Notes under the pieces: model-generated | What the model was told of the DNA's origin: nothing | The model's input: only the letters and a program-made list of their open reading frames with translations | The model's database searches: none | Position numbers and translations under genes: made by a program | Part shown: positions 37,240-52,080 of the stretch, piece by piece | How positions within the stretch are numbered: position 1 is the first letter of the stretch | How the letters are laid out: the number at the start of each line of letters is the position of its first letter | NCBI RefSeq assembly: GCF_006345805.1 | Contig: NC_043002.1 | Span: 22,258,001 to 22,322,000, forward strand | Length of the DNA: 64,000 bases | Direction of reading: 5' to 3' | Origin: Octopus sinensis | Lineage: Eukaryota

Positions 37240-38050
37240 TGAATGTAACTGAAAATAGGTGGATAAAGAAGAGAATCCATGGATAATTTCATAGAGATGT
37301 TGAAGATAAGACAAACAGAGAAAAAAAGATGGCTGTGGATGACTAAAAGTGATTTAAAGCCGGAAACGGAGACTCTAATCTGTGCTGCCCAAGAGCAAGC
37401 ATTAAGAACTAATTACATCAAATACAGAATAGACAACACAGCAGAAAGTGATAAGTGCAGAACTTGTGGACAAAACAGTGAAACGGTTTGACATATTACC
37501 AGTCAATGTACGCCACTAGCCCAGAAAGAATATGAGAGATGTCATACCAACATAGCAAGGATTGTCCATTGCAAGAAGTATGGATTTGACAGAGCAAACA
37601 AGTAGTACGAACATAAGCCCGAAGGCATCATCGAAAACGATAATGCTAAGATCCTATGGGATTTTATGATTTAGTGCGACCTTGAGATAGAGAATAGGAA
37701 ACCAAACATAGTGTTAATTGAGAAAGAAAGCAAACCATGCTGGATCATAGATATAGCATGCCCAGCTGACAATAAGGTATGCGATAAAGAAGAAAGAAAG
37801 TCGATAGATATGATAGGTTAGCTTGGGAGGTTAAGCAGTTGTGGTCGCTAAAAATGGTAAAAATCTTGAGAAGTTCATGGAACAAATAGGGGCTACAATA
37901 ACGGTGGAGCACTTGCAGAAAACAGCACTGCTTGGAACCGCTCGAAGACTTCGGCTGGCACTCGGAAAATAAGAACCGTTACCTTACTTCACTGGTAGTG
38001 AACAGCTGGCACCGTAGTACATCTCCAGCGTTAGAAGCTATGCAAAGACA
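37240..38050 (+). mobile_element. R4/Dong 3' fragment, family D (multiple stops)
   Basis: LKPETETLICAAQEQALRTNY...CRTCGQNSETV*HITSQC...KILWDF...IIDIACP, with (TAA)n flanks. Confidence 0.85.
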
Positions 38051-38059
38051 ATAAAATAA

Positions 38060-38093
<34 letters not shown>

Positions 38094-38111
38094 GATGATG
38101 ATGAGGATAAT

Positions 38112-38472
38112 AAAGTGCCAGGCAATGGTTGTCATGGCTTTCGATCTTAATTGACTGGAAGTATATATTCTGCTCCATACCACACATTTACTTGTCAGTT
38201 GTTTGACTTTAACAAGTTGAGCATGTCCCTTGGTAGCTGACGATCTGTGCATCTTTGATCAAATGCAGAAGTATTGGGAGAGCACTACAGCCATGCGTTG
38301 AGAGGAATTTATTGAGGTTTGAATAAATCACCTCTAGAAACGTGGGTGTTTCACTCAACGTCCTTAAACAACCTTTATTCAGGGGCCTTTTGAGCGGTAT
38401 TGGCCACCCAACCAGGGCTTCGTATATTTGTACCCCAGTGTCACTTTGATGGAATGCGCTGGTTTCTCACTC
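38112..38472 (+). mobile_element. Element X, copy 3 (internally deleted)
   Basis: Same 5' and 3' ends as 16597-17141. Confidence 0.7.
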
Positions 38473-38504
38473 AATAATAATAATAATAATAATAATAAAT
38501 AATA

Positions 38505-38542
<38 letters not shown>

Positions 38543-38581
38543 TTAATAATAAAAATAATAATGATAATAATAATAATAATA

Positions 38582-38645
<64 letters not shown>

Positions 38646-39515
38646 GCGATGATGATGATGATGATGATGATAAAAGATACGTCGCCACTCCGCCTTAGCT
38701 TTTTTAATTTCAATGTCTGTTAGCATTTCAAGTTATCCGGGCACACATAAGATTTCTCAAAGTAATTCATAGAGCTATTCTTTTAATGCGAATTCCTCTT
38801 AGCATTAATGAAGCATATTTTCTCAAAATATAAAAAAAAAAAACAGTCCACTACATATAACACTATACTTAATGATAGATATGTAAAATTTGCATTTGTT
38901 CCTAAGTATTTGTGAATAAACAGTTGAATAACCTGCGTTAAACAATGAACGTTGCTGTGATGATGACAATAATTTTTTAGATATGATTTAGGTCTTGGTT
39001 TGAAATAAAATTAGACTAAATCTGTTTAAATCGGATAATCAAGTGAACGATTAGATATACTCTGAAGCAGATGTTTTCCTCGAATGTGTGGGCTTATGCT
39101 CCCGAACCAACCCCCGTAGGCCCTGCAGGCACTGCAAGCCCCTCATGATCACTATGTGTGATGGTCATTGTCCACTAAGGGTGATGTTATAATCTAGCCC
39201 CTTACTGCTAAAGTAATATCGAAAAGTGTACTTTAGATCAATTTGAAACGAAAAAAGTTGGAATTATTTGGCATCATCACTTAACTAGATCTTGTTACTA
39301 GACCTGAGGTAGTTTGACATGGAGCAATATACGCATACATGCACACAGATATGTACATACATATATAAACACTCATACATGCTTATATATATATATATGT
39401 GTATACGCATATATATATGCATGTATGTACGTATGTGTGTATGTATGCGTATATACATACATGTATGCATGTGTGAAAGCATAGATGTATTTCTCCATTT
39501 TCTTATCTTGTTTTA

Positions 39516-39549
<34 letters not shown>

Positions 39550-40449
39550 AAATAAAGGCAAAAGAAAAATTCTAATGCCAAATATGCCGAAAAAGAGACA
39601 AAATTGTCAATAACCATTTTAATTTATGCGTCTCGAAACAAAACATTTTACCTTAAAAGTATTTTTTGATATGCTGGCCATTGATAAAATTTTTTTCCCG
39701 AAAAAAATTTTATCCTACATTAGTTATATATATATATATATATCTGTATGTATGTATATATGTGTATATATTACTTGCATACATACACACATGGAATCTG
39801 TATTGACAGTTGATGTGGTGAAGAGTGAGAAGAGAACTGCCATCCCCACAACCGCTACCATCACCACCACCACCATCACAACAACAACAACAACAACAAC
39901 AAATACCACCATCACCTTGCTACCATTAACAGCAGGCCATCACCACCATCAGCAATGGCCACTCGTATTTACAGTTATACATATGTTTATAAACAAAGGC
40001 CGTCATGTTTGTACACATGTCAGCCGGTCACGTTTTCAACGTACTCTACGTATGGGTTCACATTTCTCTTTAATGGGATTACATGATATGGTAGGGGCAA
40101 CTGAAAGACAAGGAAGCGAGGAGAAGGGGAAAAGAGGAGCAAAAAGTGATAGGGAAATGGTAAGCGGGCTGGCTTCAGCATGTGGGGATGATAGAGAACG
40201 ATTTGTTGCTCTTGTCTCTGTTGGTGCTGGATTGTATTGAGTGCATGCATAAGCCACTTCCTTAGCACACGCGCGCGCACAGATATACCCACACATGCAC
40301 AAAGACAGGTACATATTCATACATACCTGTACGTACATCTGTAAATCCCTCGCTTACATACATACGTATATGGATACATATATACATGCATACACACATA
40401 CACACTCACATATGCATATGTGTGTGTAGATAGATAGATAGATAGATAG

Positions 40450-40520
<71 letters not shown>

Positions 40521-40539
40521 TAGATAGATTATATAAAAG

Positions 40540-40678
40540 ACTAGAAAATGGCACAAGAACACAACAGGCGATAACAAAACATCCAGACAGTTAGATGATA
40601 CAAAAAAGGACAAGAAAAAAGGACGAGTCATTCGGAGTTTTCTTTCCTCAGTCAAGTTACAGATCATCTTTGCAAATG
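40540..40678 (-). mobile_element. Truncated P1 copy
   Basis: Minus strand TTGC-aaa-GA-TGATCTG-t-AACTTGA-CTGAGGA-aagaaaact. Confidence 0.65.
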
Positions 40679-40717
40679 GATAGACAGACAGACAGACAGG
40701 CAGATAGACAGACAGAC

Positions 40718-40810
<93 letters not shown>

Positions 40811-40834
40811 CGCATACTTGTATATAACGCTTTA

Positions 40835-41020
40835 AACTTTGGTACAAGAGAAGTAATTTGAGGAACAGAGGATTAGTTGATTACGTCGTCGCCAGTACTT
40901 TATTTTATCGACCCCGGAAAGATGAAAGGCAAAGATGACCTAGGCGAGATTTGAAATCAGAATGTAATAAGCTGTAAGAAAACCGCTAAGCAATTTGTCT
41001 GATGCACTAAACATTTTGCA
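40835..41020 (-). mobile_element. Diverged S1 SINE
   Basis: TTTTATCGACCCCGGAAAGATGAAAGGCAAAG. Confidence 0.65.
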
Positions 41021-43052
41021 TACAGATAGTAGTAAAATGTTTTAAACTGTTTGGGTTATAGCTACTATGAAGGGTGCGTCAGTAATTTGATAACAAAGCT
41101 TTAAGTTAAAAAGAACAATAAGAAAATATTTGTTAGAGAAACCAAAATTGTATTAAAGAATTTGGTACACATATTGCTACTTCCTCATAGCATAAGGTTA
41201 TTTAATAAAACCACCACCAGCCCGTTTATTGCCTCGATAAAGTTTCTGAAATGACTAAATGCTTTGATCTTTATTCATGCTGGCCTTAACGTTCCCTATA
41301 TAAGACATCGACGCGTCCTTGGAACTCAGAGCATGTTTTTTGATCTCTAAACAACGCCCTACACATTATACTCGAAGGGGATTAAATCAGGAGAAGGATG
41401 ATCTTGAAATTTTTTTGGCTACCCACTCCTGAGTTGTGTAGGCTGTGTGAGAGAAAGCAAAGACTTGCTGGAACATATACAACCTCCATCAAGACATTAG
41501 AGTCAACTCTCTCTAGTATCTGGATGTGGCCTGCTGCATAGATCTTCGCGGGAAGAAACTGAGGAGATATGACGCGAACTTCATTGCTCATGATCCGCAA
41601 GATTATAATAAACGATGGGAACTTCGTGTGTATAACAGTGGGGGCTTCAGCAGGGCTGGTGCAGACCCTTCTGTCATTCTTTTTGTTTGCATTCTAAACT
41701 TGAACAATGTTCTCAAATGAGAAGAACCTGAGCATACTAGGTTTCTCGGAATGTTTAAATTTGTTCAGCAAGCGCTTCGCCTCTTCTCCTGCGTTCTAAC
41801 TGCTCTCTTCTCATAACAGGATTTGTACTTGATATCTTTCGTGCGCTATGGCTTTAATTATTGGCAATCTCAACTTTTTTCACAATATCTGACAGTCGAG
41901 AATGCTTTTGTCTTTTGGCCACGGAAGGCACATTCCCACCAGAAGCCGGGAGATGCTTTTAGATTTTAAATAAGAAGAACTTGGCAACATTTCAGAGGGT
42001 GGCAATCCCCCAATCGTTGTGGTTGGTGGTTAAGGCAACGAGGACGAAACCAGAAGCTATGGGTTTTCTTTATCGAGAAAAGAAATCCTTTTAAAGACAT
42101 ATACTGGTCATGTATCGGTTTACGAAGGAATAATCTTGCAATGAGATTTAAAAGGAGGTAAGAAGTAGCGATGAATTTACAAAAAAACATTAGCAAAAAC
42201 ACATATAAAGAGTGAAAATAACCATAACAACGGTAACATAGTAAAAACTGCCACAAAAAGCCACTTTCTCCTCGTAATCATCACTAACAGCAGCGGCAAC
42301 CGTTCAAGAATTTGGACTTGGAGATCTCCATTTCTAGCGACTTCGAGGACCACTCCCCAGTGGTGTCGGGCGTCAACGAAGAGCCCTCAGCTACAACAAG
42401 ACGACCAAAATTTTTTTTTTCCAAGGTCTGGGGTCTCCCGCCACTAAGCCCTAGACCATCACCTAATCACCCTTACCCGTCTTGTTGCTTAACGACAACA
42501 ACTACAGCAACATCATCGTCATTACTATCGTTATCGTCGTCGGTATCATCGACATTATCAACAATATCAACATCGTTACTTTCATCATCATCATCATCAT
42601 CATTATCATCATCACTACCATCATTATTAACATCAGGATGATGATGATGATGATGATCATCATCATCATCATCGTCGTCGTCGTCGTCGTCATCATCATC
42701 ATTAAAAACAACAACCGTAAAGAACTAAGGAAAGGAAAACTATCAAACGAAAAACAAACGAGCAACTATCACCAAGACCCCCCCACACACACACCTGAAC
42801 CACCATCATAATTACAACAACAACAACAACAACAACAACAAGGTCAGCATGAACAACGATAGCAACACAATAAGAAGATAACAAAAGAAATACTAAGCTA
42901 TAAAGATGGCTCAGGAAGGTGGCAGGAAATATAATGGTGGAGAGTCATTTATAGTAATGAAGTAATTATATACGGTTGAATGGTGTGAAGGTGAGATATC
43001 GGACATTAATGGTCAGTGGCGAAGATTGAAAAAAATTGCAGGACAGTTGTGT

Positions 43053-43091
<39 letters not shown>

Positions 43092-43183
43092 TGTGTGTGT
43101 GTGTGTGTACATGCATGCATGCATACATACATACATACACACATACATACATACATACATACATACATACATACACACATACA

Positions 43184-43219
<36 letters not shown>

Positions 43220-44105
43220 TACACATATACATATACATATGCATGTATAAATATATATATGTATCCTTATATATATGTATATATATATATTTATATATGA
43301 CTATTCAACTACAAATGAATATATACGTTTATATATGTACCTATATACGCACGCAATTAGACAGCCCACACTACCTTCCAACCCCATGCACACATAGGTA
43401 CAATTATGTAATTAGTGCACAGCATACCTAACTGTAGCACCTGGTGAGGTGAGCACATCGATCGGAAACAGATCATTTCAGTTCAATGATAAACAATAGT
43501 TCAGTTGACGAAATCGATATTACACAGGGCGGAGCAGAGCGAGCAAAATATAATGGTATTGTACCGGCAGGGTTAGTGGCGTGTTGTTGAACGAAGCGGG
43601 GTGATATAGGATGTGCAATTGTCATATGATGTCTTTAAACGCTTGTCTTACTTTTGTACGGCTTTTGATTTTTGATATGGCTGATTCAAAACTCATTAGG
43701 TCTTTATTTTTAATACCGATACTGTGATTGCTCTTGTAGTCATTGTTATGTTGTTGCTGTTGTTGTTGTTGTTTAGTCGTAAGTTAGTTCTGATCGAGCA
43801 GATATATAATCAAATATATTTCAGCCGTGGCCATCTTGTATTTTTTCCTATCAGCTGCGGACCCCAGAACCATATTATCATTTCCTAAGATGGTTGGATA
43901 CGATATAAAGGAAATTTACCATACATTAAGGGTGGTAGTTGTTGGTGTCTCTTTACGTTTTCGTTGTTGTTGCTGTATACACACACACACACAGACGCAC
44001 GCACATGCACACATACATACATTCATACATGCATACATATATACATACATACATACATACATACATACATACATACATACATACATACATACATGCGTAC
44101 ATATA

Positions 44106-45616
44106 CACTGCGTGTCAAATTATTAGGCAGCTCAGGTTTTTCCACAATAACAGAGAATGTATTCGTTCGAATCCAGATATTTTCTCACTGCATGATAATA
44201 ACACCCCTCTGCTTGTATTGTACCAAAAGAAATCTGATTCATCCATATGTAAAGAAACAACGGCCAGTTTTGTTAATAGGCATCATTTTTACTGTCCTAA
44301 ATTATTAGGTAGGGCTAATTAAAATGCTAATTATGCAAAAACAAACATTTATTTAAGGCGACACTTAGATTTTAACAATAAATGTAATCATAAAGGACTT
44401 TATAATGAACATAATAATAATATATCTGAATGGAAATAATGCAACAAATAATACGTCGTAAAGTTCTTAATGATGGATGTATGATCCTCCACATGAGATA
44501 ACGTCCCTATCGCGTTTATTCTTTGAATTTGTCAAGGTAACTATTTCCTCTGATGTAATATTGCCAGCAGCATCTTCCCAGAGCGCATCTTTCGCTGAAA
44601 ACTGCCGTCCATCTTGATATATCTTCCTCTGTTGAACACTCCATAGATTTTCAATCGGGTTTAAGTCGGTTAAACACGCCGGCCACTTCACCAAACAGTG
44701 ACCAAAGAAGTGTAATTACTGTAGGTAGTCCAGGGGTTTCTTAGCTGCATGGGAGGGCGCATTATCTTGCATGAATTCCATCGTTCTCTTTAATGAAACT
44801 TTCTGCTTCTTCAACCATGGCTTAAAATTGTCCTCCAAAAAGGCAACATAGGCATTAGCTATCATCTTAATTCCGTATAGAACTTTCTAAGGATCAACCA
44901 GCTTGTCCCCAAAAATGCCAGCCCAAATCATGACACCGCCTCACCTTTGTCGGCGTCTCAAACGATGAGGACGATTTCCGCTAATTGCAATCCATCCGTT
45001 ACTCCACCCATCTGGTCCGTCTAGGGAAGCACGGCATTCGTCAGTAAAGAGGACTTTTGAAAAATCTGTCTTAATGTAGTCTTCTGCCCATTTGACTCTA
45101 TTTTGTTTATGAACAGCCTTCAGAAGAAGCCTTGTAACGGGTTTTACGTTCTTGGCTACCTGCTTCAAGAGACGACACCTGGTAGATTTCGAAATGCCGT
45201 CCCTACTACAACGTTTAAACACTTCTCGACTAGTCAGACACGTATTCTTCGCAACTTCCTCCGTTATACGTGACAGGGTGCGCCTGGAAACAAAGTTCAT
45301 CACAAGTCGATTATCTCTTCCTAGGACCTTTGGTATTTCCAAGGTCGTTTTTGCTTTCCAAGCTCTGAGACGATAGTTTTTGGCCCATAATCACACTTTT
45401 ATTGGGCACTTACCGTAATAATTTAGGACGATAAAATCGTTGCTGTTTCACGAAAATGGCTGCTGTTTGTTTACATCTGCGTAGATCCAAGTTATTTTAC
45501 TACAGTATGTGCAGGCAGATGTTGCCATCATTCAGTGAAAAGATATCTGGATCCGAACGAATAAATACTATTTTTTTTCGAAAAAACAGAGGTGCCTAAT
45601 AACTTGACACGCAGTG
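44106..45616 (-). mobile_element. Tc1-like DD37E (TRT-type) transposon, both ends present, transposase decayed
   Basis: TA|CACTGCGTGTCAA...TTGACACGCAGTG|TA with ~220-bp diverged TIRs. VLFTDECRASLDGPDGW, FMQDNAPSH and DLNPIENLW motifs, with 37 codons between D and E. Confidence 0.9.
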
Positions 45617-45624
45617 TATATATG

Positions 45625-45688
<64 letters not shown>

Positions 45689-46134
45689 CATATATATATA
45701 TATATATATATGCACAGACACACACACATATACAGGCATATATATGTGTGTGTGTATATGTACATACATGCATATATATATATATATATATATATATGCA
45801 GATATATAAATATACACACATACATAATATATATATATAACATATATATATACACATACATTTATAAGTGTGAGCATATATATACATGCGTGTGTGTGTG
45901 TGTGCACATATGTACACATCGTTCTCTGTGTAGAAATATGTATGTGTGTGAGTCTAAGATTGTATGAGTGTATGTTTGCATCAACGTATATATGTATGAA
46001 AATATGTGTGTATGTATATATAAGTATGTATGCATTCTCCCTGTATGTACGTGAGTTTTTATGGCAAAAGTGTATGTATACGAGATGCAGATAATAATAC
46101 ATACACACATTCATACATACACACACATTCACAC

Positions 46135-46167
<33 letters not shown>

Positions 46168-46214
46168 CATACATGCATACATAAATACATACATACATAC
46201 ATACATACATACAA

Positions 46215-46602
46215 AGGCGCAGAAGTGGCTGTGTGGCATATAGCTTGCTTAGAAACCACATGATTCCGGGTTTAGTCCCACTGCGTGGAACCTTGGGCAA
46301 GTGTCTTCTACTATAGCCTCGGGCCGCCCAAAGCCTTGTGAGTGGATTTGGAAGACGGAAACTGAAATAAGCCCGTATATATATGTATATATATATATTT
46401 GTGTGTCTGTGTTTGTATGTCTGTGTTTGCCCCCCCCCCCCAGACATCGCTTGACAACCGATGCTGGTGTGTTTACCTCCCCGTAACTTATCGGTTCGAC
46501 AAAAGAGACCGATAGAATAAGTACTAGGCTTACAAAGAATAAGTCCTGGGGTCGATTTCCCCGACTAAAGCCGCAGTCAAATGACTGAAACAAGTAAAAG
46601 AC
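46215..46602 (+). mobile_element. Full-length S2 SINE
   Basis: Matches 25312-25720. Confidence 0.9.
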
Positions 46603-46611
46603 TATATATAC

Positions 46612-46643
<32 letters not shown>

Positions 46644-47059
46644 GCGGATGTTTACATTATGATATGCGTATATGTCCTTGTGCTTTAAATATATTTGTGT
46701 ACGTGTTGAGGTTTAGCCCCACGTCAGCCCTAATCGAAAATACCTGTGACGAACGAAAGACCCTCAGTCTGTGACCGTGCTGCTGAACTTTCGACTTTAC
46801 TCTAAGGTGTAAATGAGATTGGAAGGAAATTTTGCTGCTCTTTCTAGCATGACAACAGCTTGTATATAGGCTTATAAGCTTGTGTATTAATGTAACATGT
46901 ACAGTCTTATAAATATATCTATACATTAGTAGTGTTTCTATGCAGTCAGGTTATGTATATGTTAGTAGGTTTGAATACGTGTGCACGATTAGGTGTACTT
47001 GTGTTTGTGTGTGTGTGGTGTGTGTGTGTGTGTGTGTGGTGTGTGTGTGTGTGTGTGTG

Positions 47060-47460
47060 AAGATCCTGAAGGGGTTGACATCTAACTTTGACATCGAGGA
47101 GTTATACCAGTCTCCGAAAAGAGTGCCCCTGTACTATTCCAAAACTCCCACTAATCCTGTCTAGAGAGGAGACCATGTTACTGAAATAGCTTGGGATTCT
47201 AAGGCATGCAGCGATATGATATCTTACCAAAAGCTTGACAGAGCTGCATGGGGTGGAATTTGGGTAGTTGCTTTCAAGAAACACCTTGATCTTCTGTTGC
47301 CTAAGATGTCAGATAAATCCACATCACGACTAGAAACTCAGTCGAGGGCAGCAACTTCAAACTGCAACAGTCACCAAAAGCCGGCGGTTTTAGAATGACC
47401 ATTGAAAATGTGATGATACTGGTGATGCTCCAGCGTAGCCACAGTCTTTGGTCTGAAATC
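47060..47460 (+). mobile_element. Decayed CR1/L2-group LINE 3' end
   Basis: KILKGLTSNFDI...ELHGV...FKKHLDLLL...RAATSN, similar to 51660-52001. Tail GATGCTCCAGCGTAGCCACAG. Confidence 0.65.
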
Positions 47461-47530
47461 CATATATATGTATGTCTGTGTGTATGTGTGTGCGAGTGGG
47501 CGTGGGTATGGGTGTATTCATGTATATATA

Positions 47531-47692
47531 ACTGCCCGAAATGGTTGTGACGTCTGGTACTTGACTGAAGAAAGAAAGCTTCGGATGACCCGTCTCTTTT
47601 TGCCTGTCCGTCTGATTGTTGTTTCTCTTGTCTGCCTTTGTATCGTCTATCTTTCCGAATGTTTTTATAGTCCTCTGTTGCGTTTTTGTTCC
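47531..47692 (+). mobile_element. Truncated P1-related copy
   Basis: CTGCCC-GAA-ATGGT-tgt-GA-CGTCTG-g-TACTTGA-CTGAAGA-aagaaagct, with TA flanks. Confidence 0.65.
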
Positions 47693-47699
47693 ATATATA

Positions 47700-47740
<41 letters not shown>

Positions 47741-49249
47741 CACATACATATATACGCACTTAATACATACGCCCGCGTGCACGCATATATCTATATGTAT
47801 ATACATATAAAGATCCACATCTGTCACTTATAAATAAGTATGCCATGATAGTATATATAATGCTTTCGCTAATTAATTTAAGTGCCTTTATAGTTGCTAA
47901 CAAATAAGCACCTTTTGGAGCATATGATAACTAAGTACTAATAAAGTACTAAATATACCCCTAAAGTACTTTGTTATCGTGCAGGACTAATTTACTTTTC
48001 TATCTGTAATTATATAATTTGTTTTTGATTGCGAATTGGTTGAATCGTCAAAATGTTGGATAGATTTTTCTCGAGGTACTTGTTCCGACTCTACAATCTG
48101 AGTTCAAACAGCCGAGAGATCAATGTCCTTTTAGGATCTATAAAATATAACATCTCTCAAAAAATGGGGAGCGACGTTGTCGACATAGACTAAAACCCTT
48201 CCCTCAAAATTATTGGCCTTGGACCTTGATCTGAGACAGTTATGTATTAAGGTTCACTCGTAACTAGCATAATACTGGTTTCTGTCCGAACAGCAGATAA
48301 TTAATGAGCATCAATTAAAGAGCATATGTCTAATTATGCACTAATAAAGCACTAAAAAGCACATACATAATTACATAGATAATTAGACATTTGTATATAG
48401 ATAAATTATGCATTACGTCAATTGTATTGTGGAAATAATCAAAGCAGTTTGTTTAACACACGATGGTAGAGTTAACTATTGTTCTGTCATTTCAAAATGA
48501 TATTAGAAAAGTGGTATTTAAAAGAAAAAGTATAAATATATTATATATATCTTATGATAAAATTTCGGGATTATAATCGTTGGTGCGGATAACAAATATT
48601 TGGAAGATAAAAGAAACGATTAGCACCCACTTTCTCAGGAAAATTGATGATGGTGTTGTGTCTGGGGAGAGTCATTTTCTTTTTGTGCCTTATAATATGG
48701 ATTTCGAGAATTAAATCTGAAGACTTATATCGGTTAGAATCAAGACCAATTATGTAAATTTTGTTTATGTATTAGGTTTTCAAGGTTCTTGCTGTGAACT
48801 TGTGAACTGTAGCAGATTTTAGTGCATCTCGAGAGGGTTATTATGTCAATAATAAATACATGCATTGGTTTTATTTCACTTCCTTTAGTCTTTGTCTATT
48901 CGTTAACATTTAACCAGTCAATTCATCATGTGGTTGATCAGTCGTTCGGTCACTCAGTTAGTTAGGTTGGCCAAAGCACACTCTTCACCATTTGCGACCT
49001 CATTCATCATCAACATGCCCTCTCTGCTCCAGTTTTGCTTTTGGTCTGTCTGGAGCAGACTTGGAATTAGAGAGGGTATGTCACTGATGAGGCCGTGGAT
49101 GGCGACGAAAGGACTTAACAAACTTAGCAGATGGATTAATTGACCAAACGATTAATCAGACAATAAGTAAGACACAAATAATAATAATAAAAGTTAAACA
49201 GACCCAATCCATTCTTAGTATAATGACATTTCTGAAACGCAACATAATG

Positions 49250-50524
49250 TTGGAGTAAGTCAAAAATTTTCTTTCTCTGACTTACTAAAACAAAAGCCCA
49301 CTTTTATTTCTGTGACTTACTAAAACAAAAGCATTATATCATTTTTCGACATGGTCTCCTTGGTTTTCGATGCAGTTTCTCCAGCGGTCCACACGCTTGC
49401 TTATTCGATCGGAGAAGAAGGTTTCCAGCTTGTCGCGTAGCCATTTATGTACCGCTACCGGTCCTTCCTCGTCCGTAGTAAATAGACAACCTCATAAAGT
49501 ATGTTTGATCAGTTCAAAGAAGTATTAGTCGGAAAGCACGAGATTTGGTCTGTGTGCAGGGTGTTCTGGCAACACAAAACCCAATTTTTCAATGTTTTTA
49601 GATGGTGTGGGCGGCCTTATGTGGACGTGCATTGCTGTGCAACAATATCAATTGCTTTGACCTCAGTGTTTAATGCGTATTGCACCAATGCTGCCTACAT
49701 TGGTGAATGTAGACCCTTTTTCCAACTAATGTTTCTGCATCTCCCAAAAAGGCTAGCATCACTTTTTCAGGGGAAGGTTGAATCTTGAAATTCTTTTATG
49801 CTGGTAATTCCAAGTGCTCCCACTCCATACTCTACCTTTAGGACTCTAGCTCAAAGTGATGGACCCAGGTTTCATCGCCTGTGACTACTTTCTCAAAAAA
49901 AGCTCCCACTTCATCGTTGTTGCAGTCGATCAAGCGTTGACAGATCACACGATTGCGTTTATGAGCTTCGGTGAGCTCTTTTGACACCAATTTCCCACAG
50001 ACATTACGGAGGAAGCGAAGCTTATTCTGAATGAATTTGTAAGGCAGAACCATGATTAATTTGCAGAGAACATGCCCCCTCATGGAAGGTCATTCATTAG
50101 TTCGCCAGAACTATCTCTCGAGTTTGTTGAATCTTCACGTCAACGGTGGAGATTGATGGAGGTTCTGCTCCTTCTTCACGCTTATCTGATCCTTTTTAAA
50201 CTTATAGATTCACTCATACACATTTCTACGTTGTAGAGCGCTGTCCCTCGTATTATACTCAGAGCCCGCGATGAATTGCAGTCCCTGGCACACCTTCAGA
50301 CCAGAGAAATCGGGACACTGATCTATCCTTCTTGATGCATACTGCCAGTGGAGCGACCATGTTTGCTCTGTAACACAAGAGAAAGAAACTAGAGTAATCA
50401 GGGTCAAAGCTTTGTTACATAACAACAAGAGTACCAAATTTTAGCATATGAGCGCTGAAAGCAATGCAGTCAGCCTAAAGAAAGTTTTAGGTAGAAGTAT
50501 GGACAATTTTGACTTCCTCTTGTA
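49250..50524 (-). mobile_element. Decayed mariner-like transposon
   Basis: KVVTGDETWVHHFELES and C-terminal DRWRNCIENQGDHVEK*. Residual TIR AAGTCAAAA / TTTTGACTT. Confidence 0.75.
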
Positions 50525-50915
50525 TAATATAAAAGAATCCCTTAAAGAGTTTAAACATGTGAGTCAAATAGAAAGAGATCGTTTATGAGAGCAAATGGAC
50601 ATTATTATGCTCCACTGGTTTGGTTAAGTAATTTTAAATTTACCCAAGTCTATCTCGCTAATTTACTGTAAAACTGTGGAAGATCTATTGTTATATAAAT
50701 TCATATAAATACGTTGTATTGTTACATTGATTTATTTATAGATTTTGTTTCTCGAAGGTTAAAGACCTAAATGCAACCAGAATCTCTAACATTTTATAAA
50801 ACAGTTAAACATTCTGTATTGATAGCATAGTATTGATAAGCATAAAAACAAAATGATAATGATGATAATGATGATGATGATGATGATGATGATGATAATA
50901 ATAATAATAATAATA

Positions 50916-50951
<36 letters not shown>

Positions 50952-51539
50952 CATAATGAAAAGAAAACGACAAACACAAAATATTTCATCTATAAAAATA
51001 GAGAAGGTTAAAGACCTCCAACAAACCAAAATCTCAAATATTAAGTTAATCAGTTAAAAATCGATATTCTCATCGTATTATCGATCGACTAAAAAGAAAC
51101 ATTATATTAACTGGGTAAGATTAAAAGGAAATAATTAAATCCGTAGGAGTGATTGGTATTATGTCTGAGCGTTTATGGTAAATTCAGGAATTACTTATTT
51201 ATATCACGAATCCATTATTGATTCGGACATCGTAATCGTCAATTGATTTCTGTTGGAAGAAATAGAAAATAGAAAATTGAGAAATAAATAAAAAACGATC
51301 CCTACCCACGTATTTCCATCTTGAAGTTATAGGTATAAGTAAATTAAGAAAACTGGGGCTGTTTAACAAGTCAGTGCATATCGAGGTGAGACTTACAGTG
51401 AAGTTTGAAAATCTTATGGTTAACCATATAAAAAATTCTGTAGTAGTTTACTTTTATTCATGCATCATTCATCTAGGGCTGGTTGAGTGGGCTTCGACCA
51501 ACGACTATGTCCCTAACGGAAGCTGACCATATTCTGCTG

Positions 51540-52080
51540 CAGTGGAAGCTGTAAATCCAAGATGCAAATATCCAACCTATAAGCTATTGGAAAAGACTCA
51601 AGAGATTAAGACTCTATTCCTTAGAGCGTAGACGAGAAAGATATGCCATAATATAAATCTGGAAGATCCTGGAAGGACTTGTCCCAAACTTTGGCATCTA
51701 GTGTTACACAAATACTAGAACTGGGTGCCACTGCATAGTGCCAAGAACTCCAAATTTGCCATCAATATGTAGGACAAGATACTGTGGTAGCCTGGGCTTC
51801 AGAGGTTCACAGCTCTTCATTATCCTCCCGAAGGACCTGAGAGACCTGCATGGGGTGGATGCAGATGTTTTTAAAATAAAACTGGATCTCTTCCTGTCAG
51901 GTGTCCCAGATGAACCAACTTCACCGCAGGAGGTGCAGATGAGGGCAGCTGCATCAAACTCTCTCATACACCAAATGTCAATTGCTAAAAAGCATTCGTG
52001 AAGTAAAATCACGTAGCAACACCGAATGGCGGTGCCCCCAGCATGGCCACAGCTCGTGAGCTGAAACTAGATTTAAAAAA
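51540..52080 (+). mobile_element. CR1/L2-group LINE 3' end
   Basis: RRRERYAII*IWKILEGLVPNFGI...GSQLFIILPKDLRDL...FKIKLDLFLSGVPDEP, then a 3' UTR with a stem-loop. Confidence 0.8.

Noticed and set aside
41290-42200. Unique, moderately GC-rich stretch, possibly an ancient LINE or coding relic
   Set aside because: No recognisable motif in any frame by eye; needs a translated search.
50755-51100. Degenerate direct repeat starting AAGGTTAAAGACCT
   Set aside because: Old local duplication around a microsatellite, with no further structure.
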